Counted from the stretch's first letter, positions 1-11,269 are shown. The stretch: 64,000 nucleotides of DNA from Antechinus flavipes (GCF_016432865.1 NC_067401.1:41168001-41232000), one strand, 5' to 3'. Notes: a model not told the origin generated them from the sequence alone. Numbers and translations are program-made.

Positions 1-1367
1 AAGGGGCAAAATAATGCACCAGGTCGAATATGTGGGCTACTTTGAGAATGCTGAGGGCACACCCAACAATCTTGAATGCTCTCACTGTCCACAGAGTTCC
101 CTAGCCTGACTAAAGACTAAGAAGGATTTATCTCCCTTCTGGCAGAGGAATGACACTTGAGAGAGCTGGAGAGAACACTAAGATCAAAAGCTCTCATAAA
201 TAACAAGAAAGGAAGAAAGCTAATCTTGAGTGCCTCAGGCAATTATTAAATTATTTGAGGAGTGGTCTTATCCACTCTGCAAAAAACTGGCCTGGGATTG
301 GAAGCTGGTCTGAAGGTCTTTGGAACCACTCAGAAGAAGAAGGGTATGTCCCCTTTCTTCTCAGCTAAGGAAGTCAAGATGCTTTGATCAGGAATACCAG
401 TATGGGCAGCCGAATCTGCAAATTTGTTTCCTCTGCTTATTTAATAAGAGAACTTTTTGCTGTCAAAAGTCCTCTTTCTTTCCACATAGTCCCGTGAGCA
501 TGCAAAATATGAAAAGCATATTTGGAGTCAGTATAGATATTCACTCTCATTCCCTTCTCCAGTTCCAAAGCTCTAATTAAGGCAATGAGTTGGGCCACTA
601 AAGCATGAGTAGCTCACCCAGGGATTTCCTTGGTCCCACACAGAGGAATCTATTTCCTCCCAGATTTCAGAGGGAATCTGGGAGGGCTTTGAGAGAACCA
701 CAAAAAAAATTCACCTGGAGGTTTGAGAAAGGAAAATTGGGTCCCCATTTAATCATGCCCTGACAAGGGAGCAAGACAGGAGGGAATAAGGAGTATGAGG
801 AGGATCCCAAAAGTCCCCAACCAGTATTCACGAGGTGTCTTAAAAGAATTTGCAGGCTTGAACCCATCTTCTAGTTAAGGGGCAAAGTTTATTAGAAGCA
901 ATGTGACATCATTACTGGGCCGACTGAATTCTAAGCAAATTCAGTAAAGAAGCAATACCAAGAAGATATACTTATATAGCTTTCAATTATAGATAGGTTA
1001 ATTCTATATCTTAAGGGTAATTAAGAATGGTCTTCAGATAGATCAATTTCCTGAGGCAGATTCCAAAGCCCAAAGACCAAGGGCTCAAGAACAGAAGCCC
1101 CAAAGTCAAGGGACCCCAAAATCACATTACCTCAAAGAAACAACCAATTAGGAGATGATAACAATACTCTGATTAAGAAATTATGAGGACTTAAACTAGT
1201 TGTAGCATATCTTCAAAATATTGAACAAAAAGTTACCTTTGTCTTTTGAATTATTTCCCTGCTCTAAATCTATGATCCTAAGGCCTTATATTCACATAGC
1301 TTTCACTAAGCACTGATAGAGGATTATTATTCAAACTAAATAGAAAAATATCTTTCCAAATTCAATC

Positions 1368-1637
1368 TGTAATGTTCGGGCTAGCTTTCTGGAGGACCTC
1401 GGGACTAGTCTTGATCTTATTTTAGTACAGAAGGCAGGACAGCCACCACGAGGCTAGTCAAAGATAGAATATCTCTCTTCCAGTCCTTCTTAGCCCTTAT
1501 ATACCTTATTGTAATTACATCATTACAGCATACTGAGTATGTGTGAACTAGAGAACTATTACATCACCATGCTAAGTACTAATCATTATCTCATCCACTG
1601 ACTTAACAATACATCTCCAGAGATCCAGCTCTCTACA
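1368..1637 (-). mobile_element. Solo ERV LTR (270 bp, class II-like)
   Basis: TG...CA termini (TGTAATG at 1368, CTCTACA ending 1637) with identical 6-bp flanks TCAATC (1362-1367, 1638-1643). Minus-strand TATATAA at 1497-1503 gives the orientation. Confidence 0.85.
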
Positions 1638-4557
1638 TCAATCCTGTTTCATGATTGACCTTAATTCTACAATCACCACCCAGGACAATCTTCATAGCTA
1701 TGAGATGTCCCCTCTTTCACTCAACCCTCCTATTTTTCCTAAATTGAAATTCCCTATAAAAAAGGTGGAGAAGGGGAAGAAAATGAATAGCCAGAGAGGG
1801 AAGTTTGGGATATTGGGAGTCAGATACGATTGGAGTGCTGGGATGCAAACGGAAACAAAGAGCTTTTGGATTGAGGATACTGGATTTTTCAAATCCTTGA
1901 TGCTGGTTATGTAAATATTGCACACATAGTCCAGTAAAGCAGCTTGTAAATCTCTGCCTGACGACAGACTAATCAATGAGGACATCTTCCTTAAAATCTT
2001 GGCCTGTATTCAACACCTCACCCCAAGAAAAGCAAACAAACAACAATCACTTTTTAGTTTCTCACTGACTCACCTGAAGAAAAGGGAGGTGAAAAGAGAA
2101 AAGTGACCTAATATGAAAAATTCTTGAACTTAGCACAGCAGCACAGCCCCTCCCACATGTACCCCTTCCCTGTACCCTTAGGGTATTATTTGGGGAAAAG
2201 GATTTCACAGAACTTTCTATTTTCCCCAACCCAGGAACTGGGGGAAAAGATTCTAAAGGCTGATTTTGTTATTATTTTTAAACAGGTTAGCAGGGGAAAG
2301 GTCGTAAACAACCCTGTTGTTGAGGGCATCATTTCAGAAAATATCTTGGCTGAAGGCCCTGGCAAGCTATTACTGCCAAAGTGAAATAGTTCTTTAACAT
2401 TCAAGGGAAGCTTGGCATTACAGGGAACATGTCCATAGTACTCAGCTCTGCAGAGTGGCAACAAGAGAAAACACAGTTAAGAATAGAACAAGACAAATTT
2501 ACTGTAGGATATGAAAAAGCAATTGGATTCAGCATTTCATGGTTTTGCCCAGATAAATACCAGTGTTTATTCTCCAAGAAGTCTTCTATAATTCATACTA
2601 CAGCTCCAATTACTCTGCATCCCTTCCTTATCTTCAATACTCATGTACACAATAATTAAACATTAATCTACATTGTTATGTTTTTGGGTTTTTTTCCCCC
2701 TTTTTGTCCATTCTCCACTATTAAAAAGCATATCCCTCAGAATTAAGGACTTTGAAACATCACTATCACTAAGATTTTGCATGCTCTGGGAACTTGATCA
2801 ATGCACTTCATTAAGGAAAACACCCCACATTTTGTGGGGTAACTGTACAACAGAGTGCTGCTTTTAACCCACACACCCCCCTGGGATCAAGATGTTCCTG
2901 GGGCTAATTCTGTTCCTTCTTAACAATTAAGTCTTCAAGCCAGATCCAGGAACTTTCTCAACGATGAGGTTGAATTGCAATTTGCTAGCCTGAGGGTATT
3001 ATCATTGTTGGGGTGTGAGAAAAAGGAAGATTCTTAATATCACTGAAAAAATAAATTGTGGACAATCCACTCATCTATTCATCTGTTTTCTTCATATGTT
3101 TTCCCAAGCTTTTGGACATCATCCATCTTTTTTTGACCAGGAGAACTGAAGCAAACTTTCAAATGTCCACAAATAGATAAGACAGGGAGCCAAAGAAAGG
3201 TAAGACTCACTGACTCTAAAAATAAAAGTTCTAATTATAACAGGGATTTTTTTGGCCTTAGTAGGACTAATTTTTAAGAGTCATCTCCTAAGATCTTATT
3301 TCCAACTCACTCAGGGAGGGAAAGGGAAAAACCCTTCTGTCAGGGATCCAAATTAAGCCTCCTGAAAGCATAGTAAGAATATTAGCTAGACCTTCTGGAG
3401 ACTTCGGAACCCTGCTTCCTCCTCCCTTCATTTTTTCAGGCTTTTGGAAGAAGGAATAATCAATATTCAAACATATACTAAAACACCCCAACTATTCTGT
3501 TGTGCTTATCTTCTTAGCATAAACTTTAACACTGATCAGGTCAAAATCAAACTTTCCTCCTTCGTTTTGAGATTGAGGGCTGCGGGACCGAAGCACATTG
3601 GACTCCAGGCGGCTTTAGAGAAAGCTGATCAGGAATTAATCGCTGGGGAGTACTTAAGGTGGGAGTGTCCTCTGATTTGGTCAGATGTGAAGCAAGAAAC
3701 TGAGGTCTGGCTGAGCAGAAGCTTTCAGATACGGACCGTATAATCCCTCTTTTCCTCAAAGGGGTGATAAAGGTACATGAGGAGCATAAACAAAGTGTCC
3801 CCAGCTCTACAGGGAAAAAAGATGAAGAGATGAAGGGGAAAAAGCAAAGCAGGATGTTAACACACCCTTCTTATTTCCGTTCCAAAAAGAACAGGATGAT
3901 TGGGGAGGGGAGAGTGGGGGATCGGAAGAAAGGGAAAAGATGAGGAGAAAAGGTAAAGATTAGGCTGAGACAGAAAGGCAGAATCTTTGGACTCCAGGAT
4001 AAGGCAGTGAGGAAGACAGGGTGAGGATACACGCCCACAAATAACAATTTAGGGATTCAGATTGAAGAGAAAGTTGACAAAAACACCAGGTTCTCCCCAC
4101 CCTACCCCCTATTTTTTCTCTGAGAAGGGCAGTTTTCTTGGGAGGGTTTGGCTGAAAAATGAGTTCATCTCTCCCTTCCCCCCCACCCCCAATTCTCAAC
4201 CTTCAATTCCCAATTTAATTGAGAACTTTCTAGGGTTTCACGAAAGCAGCCCAGGCTGGGAGAACACAAAAGCAAAGGGCTTGGAACTGGGCTAGAAAAA
4301 TGCCAAGCTAGCCCCCAAACAATTCCCAAGTAGTAAAATAAGTATATAATGCCCCCTGAGACACTTTTCCCCTTTCACCTAAAAATGCCAATCCCTGACA
4401 TCAACGCCCGCCCTCCGAAGTCTTCTAGAACGCTGATAGGCTTAAGGGCAATCCCCCAGCCCTCCTTTCATTTGTCTCAAGGGACGTCGTTCAAGAACCC
4501 TCCGCCCCCTCCTTCCAAGGAGGAAATCGCGCACAACAACCGTTTCCCCGCCAGAGG

Positions 4558-4708
4558 CACACTGTGTCCACGCGCCCCGGGACGCATTCTGATTGGCTGT
4601 ATCCCTAGTAAACAAGGAAAAGGCAGCCAATGGGAAGATTGTGCACGAGGACAGCACGAGCCACCTCGCAGGCCCTCGCGTGGCCCAGAGTGCCAGAGCC
4701 CTATATAA
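4558..4708 (+). promoter_or_regulatory. TXNIP: TXNIP proximal promoter: ChoRE-b, inverted CCAAT, FOXO site, CCAAT, ChoRE-a, TATA
   Basis: CACACTgtgtcCACGCG 4558-4574; ATTGG 4592-4596; GTAAACAA 4608-4615; CCAAT 4627-4631; CACGAGgacagCACGAG 4644-4660; TATATAA 4702-4708. This matches the known MondoA/ChREBP:MLX plus NF-Y architecture of mammalian TXNIP promoters. Confidence 0.93.
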
Positions 4709-5092
4709 GGCCGTTTCCGCCTCTTCGCAGAGTCAATCCCTAGAGCGCTCCAGTTGGACATCTACTCTCTCGTCCTTTGAGATTTTTGGGGCGGGGGATT
4801 CCTCAAAGCTCGTTTTGGACTGAGACAAAAAGAATTTTTATTCTTTCGAAGTCTCTTTACATTAGTGAGAAATCTTTAACGTTTTCTTTTCGACTTTTCG
4901 AAAATTAGTACAGGCTGATTTTGGAGAAGGGGCTCTTAAATTTTTTAGAATCAAATTGTCAGCCCCGAAGTCCACTCAGCCTAGGGAAAGCGAAATATTC
5001 TCAACTTAACCGAAAAGGTTAAATCTTTCTTTGGCAATCCAAAGAGATTTATTCGTTGTCTCCCTTATTGCCCGAGTGAACCAAGCCTAACC

Positions 5093-5342
5093 ATGGTGAT
5101 GTTCAAGAAAATCAAGACTTTCGAGGTGGTCTTCAGCGACCCCGACAAGGTCTACTGCAGTGGGGAGAAGGTGGCTGGCCGGGTGGTGGTCGAGGTGTGC
5201 GAGGTGACCCGGGTCAAATCCGTCAGGATCCTGGCTTGCGGAGTGGCCAAAGTCCTGTGGATGCAGGGCTCGCAGCAGTGCAAGCAGGCGATGGAGTACC
5301 TGCGCTACGAGGACACGCTGCTGCTGGAAGACCAGCCCGCAG
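5093..5342 (+). CDS. TXNIP: TXNIP exon 1 (coding part)
   Basis: ATG at 5093 in context ACCATGG; MVMFKKIKTFEVVF...EDQPA; donor AG|GTAAGG. Confidence 0.97.
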
Positions 5343-7832
5343 GTAAGGGAACTCGCCCTCTTGCGGGGGGAGGATGGGGAGCCCCGGCTATTAGGGAGCT
5401 TGAGGGAATAGGTTCCAGCAAGACCTTTGAGGGTACGAGAGGTCTGAATCACTGTTCTAACATCTGGCAAAACGGGTACCGGTCCCCGCATCCCCCCATC
5501 CCAGCTGCAATGTTCCGTATGATACCCTTACCTGGAGCAGGGCGCTTAACTAAAAACCTTCCTCCTCCCATCTGGCACAATGGATATCGTTCCCAGCCTC
5601 CCATCTCAGCTGCTCTATTTGAAACCCTTACCTAAACCGTCCTTCTATTGGCAAAAAGAGTATTCCAGCCTTCAGCTCCCTTGCGCTGTGATACTTGGAT
5701 GAACTGGGAGGGTGTTTAATTAAATATAGGTGTTAAAAATGAAAATAATGGATTCCCTTTGGCTTGAGTGTCGGGAGTCGGGGCTTTGGGCTTCTTTTTC
5801 CCGGACCCAAATGATTAACCACCTTTCCCTATGGGAGATTTAAGTGCCGTGGTTAGTTTCAGAAAGTGTATCCAAGCATTTAAAATAAGATCAGGACCGT
5901 TTTTTAGTAAGTCTAATAGTGCTTTTTTTTTTTTCCTCTCCTCAAGCTAATGATGAGTCCGTGATCCTGAGACCTGGAAATATATATGAGTACAAGTTCG
6001 GCTTTGAACTTCCTCAGGGGTAAGTCTCAACGCTGCTTGTTATTTTCTCTTTTTTAAAACCTTACTTCAGTTAAGCATCTAGTGTTCCAAAGATGAGTAA
6101 TCTAAAAGGAATTGTGCCTTTCATTCCACTACAGACCTCTGGGAACCTCATTCAAGGGGAAGTATGGCTGTGTAGACTATTGGGTAAAGGCTTTCCTTGA
6201 CCGCCCCAGCCACCCAACTCAGGAAACTAAGAAATACTTTGAAGTGATGGATCCAGTGGATGTCAATACCCCTGATTTGATGGTAAGCTTTCCCAATAGG
6301 CTTAAGTCCTGGGTACTGAGGGACCTTATGAGGCAGGACTCCCCCTCCCCCCATTTCTTAACAAGGCTTATACTGAAGTTAAGGATCTAGTCTTTAGCTT
6401 AAAATGAAAATGAATAAAAATTTTAACTCTTAGAAGAAAGTAGGAGGGGGAATTCCTGGTTTCTTCCCAGAGCAGTGTAGCTCACTACATCCTACAGAAC
6501 CCTGTTGTCATAACGTAACCATTGATAAGGAAAGGTCCAAGAAGAGCTTAGAGGAGATTATAATTATGGCATGGGATGATAAGACATGATTTATATTACA
6601 TATTATTGCAGGAGATAGAAGTCCTCATAATCAAAAGCAGGGGCCATCTTGGCAGTTCTCAGAAACATTAACAAGGATTTATTTTATCCTATTCAGGCAC
6701 CTGTGTCTGCCAAGAAGGAGAAGAAGGTTTCTTGCCTGTTTATTCCTGATGGGAGAGTATCTGTCTCTGCCCGGATTGACCGAAAAGGATTTTGTGAAGG
6801 TAAGAGAAGTCTGGGCTTGGAAAAAGCAGGAATTGCCTAGTGTGGGAGAAAGGATGTGGACCATAAATAAGCAGTTACACGATTTTTAGTAACAAAAATT
6901 AATTCTTTTGTCAGGTGATGAAATCTCTATCAATGCTGACTTTGAGAATACTTGTTCCCGCATTGTTGTGCCCAAGGCTGCTATTGTTGCCCGCCACACT
7001 TACCTTGCCAATGGCCAGACCAAGGTGTTGACCCAAAAGCTGTCCTCTGTTCGAGGCAACCATATCATTTCTGGCACCTGCGAATCATGGCGTGGCAAAA
7101 GCCTTCGTGTACAGAAGATTAAACCCTCCATCCTTGGCTGCAACATCCTTCGGGTTGAATACTCTTTATTGGTGAGTGAGTGAAACTGTCATGGTCATTG
7201 GAGTAAATCAGTCATTGTATTTATGGCTCTCTGGTATAACCAACAATTTTTATCTTTCCTGTAGATTTATGTCAGTGTCCCTGGATCTAAGAAAATCATC
7301 CTTGATCTACCCCTAGTCATTGGCAGCAAGTCAGGACTCAGTAGCCGCACATCTAGCATGGCTAGCCGAACCAGCTCTGAAATGAGTTGGGTGGATCTAA
7401 ACATCCCTGACACCCCAGAAGGTGAGTTAGCTTAGACTCCCACCCCCATCCCCCCTTTTTTCTGTTAATGATTCCCTGGAAATCAGAAGCTGGTTGGTTG
7501 GGGTTGTTTATGACTCCATTTTCTCTCTGCAGCACCTCCTTGCTACATGGATATCATTCCTGAAGATCACAGACTGGAGAGCCCAACCACTCCTCTCCTT
7601 GATGATAGCTCTCTGGACAGCCCCATCTTTATGTATGCATCTGAGTTCAAGTTTATGCCTCCACCCACTTATACTGAGGTGAGCATGATTACCTTGGTTG
7701 AGTAAAGGTGGGGAGGGCTGCTCAATTTAAATATTCTCCTGACTCCCCTTCTCCCACCTTCTAAATCTAAAGCTGTCTTTGGTTTTATTCTTCTAGGTGG
7801 ATCCCTGCATTGTCAACAACAACGTGCAGTGA
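5093..7832 (+). CDS. TXNIP: Thioredoxin-interacting protein (alpha-arrestin), 8 coding exons, 389 aa
   Basis: Exons 5093-5342, 5947-6019, 6135-6282, 6697-6799, 6915-7171, 7265-7421, 7533-7678, 7797-7832, total 1170 nt, all GT-AG. Protein MVMFKKIK...VDPCIVNNNVQ* keeps the Cys247-equivalent (SGTCES), the di-Leu motif (TPLLDD) and the PPCY/PPTY motifs. Confidence 0.98.
5947..6019 (+). CDS. TXNIP: TXNIP exon 2
   Basis: Polypyrimidine tract then ctcaag|; reads NDESVILRPGNIYEYKFGFELPQG; donor |gtaagt. Confidence 0.95.
6135..6282 (+). CDS. TXNIP: TXNIP exon 3
   Basis: PLGTSFKGKYGCVDYWVKAFLDRP...TPDLM; acceptor acag|, donor |gtaagc. Confidence 0.96.
6697..6799 (+). CDS. TXNIP: TXNIP exon 4
   Basis: APVSAKKEKKVSCLFIPDGRVSVSARIDRKGFCE; acceptor ttcag|, donor |gtaaga. 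Confidence 0.96.
6915..7171 (+). CDS. TXNIP: TXNIP exon 5
   Basis: DEISINADFENTCSR...SGTCESW...RVEYSLL; acceptor tcag|, donor |gtgagt. Confidence 0.96.
7265..7421 (+). CDS. TXNIP: TXNIP exon 6
   Basis: IYVSVPGSKKIILDLPLVIGSKSGLSSRTSSMASRTSSEMSWVDLNIPDTPE; acceptor gtag|, donor |gtgagt. Confidence 0.96.
7533..7678 (+). CDS. TXNIP: TXNIP exon 7
   Basis: APPCYMDIIPEDHRLESPTTPLLDDSSLDSPIFMYASEFKFMPPPTYTE; acceptor gcag|, donor |gtgagc. Confidence 0.95.
7797..7832 (+). CDS. TXNIP: TXNIP exon 8 (coding part)
   Basis: Acceptor ttctag|; VDPCIVNNNVQ then TGA at 7830-7832. Confidence 0.95.
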   Translation: MDPCIVNNNVQ

Positions 7833-9174
7833 ATGAACCAAAGAAGAGAAGCAGAAATTATTTACCTGTTTCTTTCTGTCTTTCCTTGACTCGCTTTTTC
7901 AGAAGCATGATGGTCTCTGCCCACTGTGGGGACGGGTTCACCTTCATCTCTGTCTCCCTGATGTTAAAAGATCAGCAGGCAATCATGTTTTAAAACAGAC
8001 GCCAAAGTGCGTCAACTCTCTCAGCCAGTCTTGCTGTTGTTTCATAGAGGATGTTGGCTGGTTTGTGGAAGATTTGGACTCTTGTGACTGACCTCTTTGT
8101 TCAGAATTCCCCTGAATTATGAGGGGTTTTCAGTAGTTTGGATTCAGGATTGGGATAGCCTCTAGATTGGTCTTCCCAATTCTGGGAATCACAAAATTTG
8201 GCTTCTGGGGAGCCAGACAAAGGTGATTTAATGAGCTGGGAAAACATTTTATAGAAATAATGGCCAAATGTTTGGTGGGAAGAAGAGGCGCCTGAAATCA
8301 GTATAGCCCTTCCCACGTATCCTCTCACTCTATAGATGTTTAAAGGTGCTCCCAGTTCTTGTAGAAATTTTTTCTGTTGAAAGAGAAGTGATCCACTTCA
8401 CTTCTCATGACACATTATCCTTGTTTCAAAGCAAAGGCAAACAGACCCCTTGAGAGGGAGGCTGGTGAAAGCCTGTGGCTAAGCACTTTGTTCTTCCTCT
8501 TAGGAGGTTTTCTTAAAGAGTTTGGGTTCAGTGTTGGTAGGAGGAGGAAGGCACAAAATATCTTCAAAACTCCTTTGGAGTTAGTTCTGAAGTATTGTTC
8601 TTAGCACTTTTATTCTTTTGTTTTCTGTTGGGGATTTTCCTCCTAGTCCCTAAGCATTAAACTTAAAAAGATCCTCTTTGTTTCTGGGGTGGGCAGGAGA
8701 AAATTGATGGTTTTTGTCATTACCAGTAGCTTCCCAAGAGTAGATTGAATACTGACCACAGTACTTAATAAGTAAGGGGCCTTCCAGTCCCCTGCCCAGT
8801 AAACTGACTACCAAAACACTTCCAAAGCTGGGATTGAAGAGTGCTGAAAGAACATCTTAGGAAGCAAATCAGAATCCTGCATTTTTTCCACCCTTGAATA
8901 CGCTCCCAGTGTTAGGAGTTTTAAATAACTCCTTTCCTCCTTATCCTTCCGCTACTCAATGAATTGTCCTAAGCAATCAGCACTTTCTCTACTGTCTTGT
9001 GTCAAAGCACTGAGCCCCACTCTTTTATCTGTGAACTGTACAACTAGAAAATGAACTGAAAGTGGTTTTGGTTTGATTTTTTAAAATGTGTATCTTTTTG
9101 TATGTTAAAAATTATATTTTGTACTTTTATCAGAGATATTTTCAACTCCTTGGCGGAGTTCTTGTTTTTTTTTA

Positions 9175-9186
9175 AATAAAAATAAA
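9175..9186 (+). terminator. TXNIP: TXNIP polyadenylation signal (tandem AATAAA)
   Basis: AATAAA at 9175-9180 and 9181-9186, followed by a U-rich tract; implies a 3' UTR of about 1.37 kb. Confidence 0.8.
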
Positions 9187-10999
9187 ATTAAACTGAAAAG
9201 TTTTTATTTATTTGCTTTATTGGGTAGAGGATCTTTGGCAGAGGGTAGGGAAGGGGGGATGTTTAAAAAGTTATTTGGTTTCTACACTCCAATCTTTAAA
9301 CACTGTTCCACAGAATATCTAAGTTATTGACTGGATAAGAATATTTGAAAATATGGGTGAGCCTATATATACACCATTGGCTTAAAAAAATATCTTTAGA
9401 TAAACAGATTTCTTAATAAACAACACAATTGTTTGAAACTGCCAGTGATACTATGCCACTTTTAGTATAATTTCCAATTTAGGTCATGACATAATGTTTG
9501 ATTATGTTGGTTGAAGTCATGGCAAAATTAAAATGAATCCTTTTGTGTTCACAATAAGGACAAATATTTATAATGCAAATGTATGCAGGACAATTTAGTA
9601 CAGAGCATCTGTTTATAATGAATCAATAAGATGGGCTTCTTACAATAACTTAGACCATGATTCTCTGCCATAATAACTTTGACCATTCCCAGTTGTCAAT
9701 TTTGTAAGTGAAACTTCTTTTACTGGTTTAAAATAGACCTGAATTGTGGGTCTTAAAGGAAAAGAAGTGATTAGTTCTGGATTTTTCGTTTTTGGATTTT
9801 TTTTAAAGTAAACTTTACCCAGAGAATAGCTGAATTTGGAGGCTGGATCTTTAAAGAACTAAAAGACAATTTTAGTTGATTGTGCAACTCAGTTTTACCA
9901 GTTCTTTTTCCTCCCCAGTACTATCCTTGATCTTTTCCCATTAGGTGTTCAATATACTGTGTGTCTCCGTGTTCCCCTCATTTTCAGAAGAGAGATTTAG
10001 GATGTGGGAACAAGGGGGTGTGCTGAGCTCAGTGGGGACCATACTGCCAGACTTTGGTTTTGTCCAATTATATTTTCGTATGATAATCCTGGTCCAAGAC
10101 CCCCTGTTCTGAGGCTCACCCTTCTAAACCCATCTAAAAACGAAAAACTGCCAATAACCATGGAAACGAGCTGGGGAGGCAGACCGCTTCACAGGCCCGC
10201 TGCCTCTGTCTCATCCTTCCTCCTTGTGTGTTTATTGATCCCTGTCAACACAAAACTACCTGAAACCATCCCTCCCCGTCTCCTCCAGGTACCTGCAGGC
10301 TCCTCCCCGTTCATTTGTGACAAGAGAACTAGGTCAGAGTTGATGGAAAAATCTTTTCTGTAGTTTGTTTTCCTGGGATGCGAGGGGAGGGGCAAGGACA
10401 AGAGCAGGACATAGGGTGTGAGCCTGACATGGGACAAGAAGTACATGTAATACATGAGCCCGAGTACTATTATGTCTGGTGTATAGGAAAAATTCAGCCC
10501 AACAGACTGAGAGGGACATAGGGTCCTCAAGTCAGGAGCTCCCACACCTGCCTGACCCCAGTACTAGGTTCATGATCTCTCTGCACCAGCCAGATCTTGC
10601 GACTCTACATAATCAATAGGGTACAGAATAGAGTGAAGTATTTGCAAAGTAATTTGCAAATCTTAAAAAACTCAATAAATGCTATTTTATCATTTCAAGG
10701 AGTTCCACCTGGCAAGTGTCTTATATTGTTGAAATCACCTACTCAGACCGAGGTGTCCCATTGTTCTGAGGTGGTCTAGATTGAATAGAGCATTTATTTG
10801 TTCAGTTCTAGACGTCAGATTTTAATAAGGTCATCAGTAAACTGAAGAACATCCAAAAGAGGACAATCATAATAAGTTAAGGATATTGAGAAAATGTCAA
10901 AGAGAAAGATGTGTTAAAGGAACTAACAATGTTTAACTTGGAGAGAAAGACAAGAGACACAGGCCATGGAATGAATTATTTCTCTCCAGCCTCAGGAAA

Positions 11000-11130
11000 C
11001 CATAGAAGTGGGCTTTGTCCAACCATCTCATTTCACAGAAAAGGAAACTAAGGGAGGTCATATGATTTCTCCAAAATTCTCCAGAGGCAGATGAGGATCT
11101 GAAAAGCCTCTGACTTCTAATGCTATGATT
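11000..11130 (-). mobile_element. MIR/CORE-SINE fragment
   Basis: Degenerate CORE motif ctcatttcacagaaaaggaaactaagg; boundaries approximate. Confidence 0.55.
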
Positions 11131-11269
11131 GTCCAATACCTTAATAATTCCCTACTTTATTTCTACAGATAAGGGAACCTAGCCCTAGATAATAACTGAT
11201 TTTTCAAGAGTGTTTTTTTGTTGTTGTTTTGTTTTATTTGAGAGTATTTAAAGGCTTGTCATATGTCAG

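Noticed and set aside
640-1200. A second LTR-like segment upstream of the solo LTR
   Set aside because: There is a U5-like motif on minus near 830-900, but I could not define termini or a TSD.
4417-4430. Heat-shock element GAAgtcTTCtaGAA in the TXNIP promoter
   Set aside because: The first spacer is 3 nt, not 2, so only two units are correctly phased; too weak to call.
4700-4710. CArG box CCTATATAAGG
   Set aside because: It has seven A/T between CC and GG, not six; it is better explained as the TATA box.
5522-5542. U1 snRNA pseudogene
   Set aside because: Similarity covers only about 17 nt with two 2-nt insertions and does not continue into the U1 stem-loops; kept only as a splice-site-complement motif.
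5093-5635. 180-aa ORF from the TXNIP ATG
   Set aside because: Only the first 250 nt are exon; the rest is read-through into intron 1. The repeated peptides (IWQNGYRS / IWHNGYRS) just reflect the intronic DNA repeat.
10640-10661. Double octamer-like palindrome ATTTGCAAAGTAATTTGCAAAT
   Set aside because: It sits in sequence resembling a decayed MIR 3' tail (ctttgcaaaccttaaag...taaatgct), so it is probably repeat-derived.
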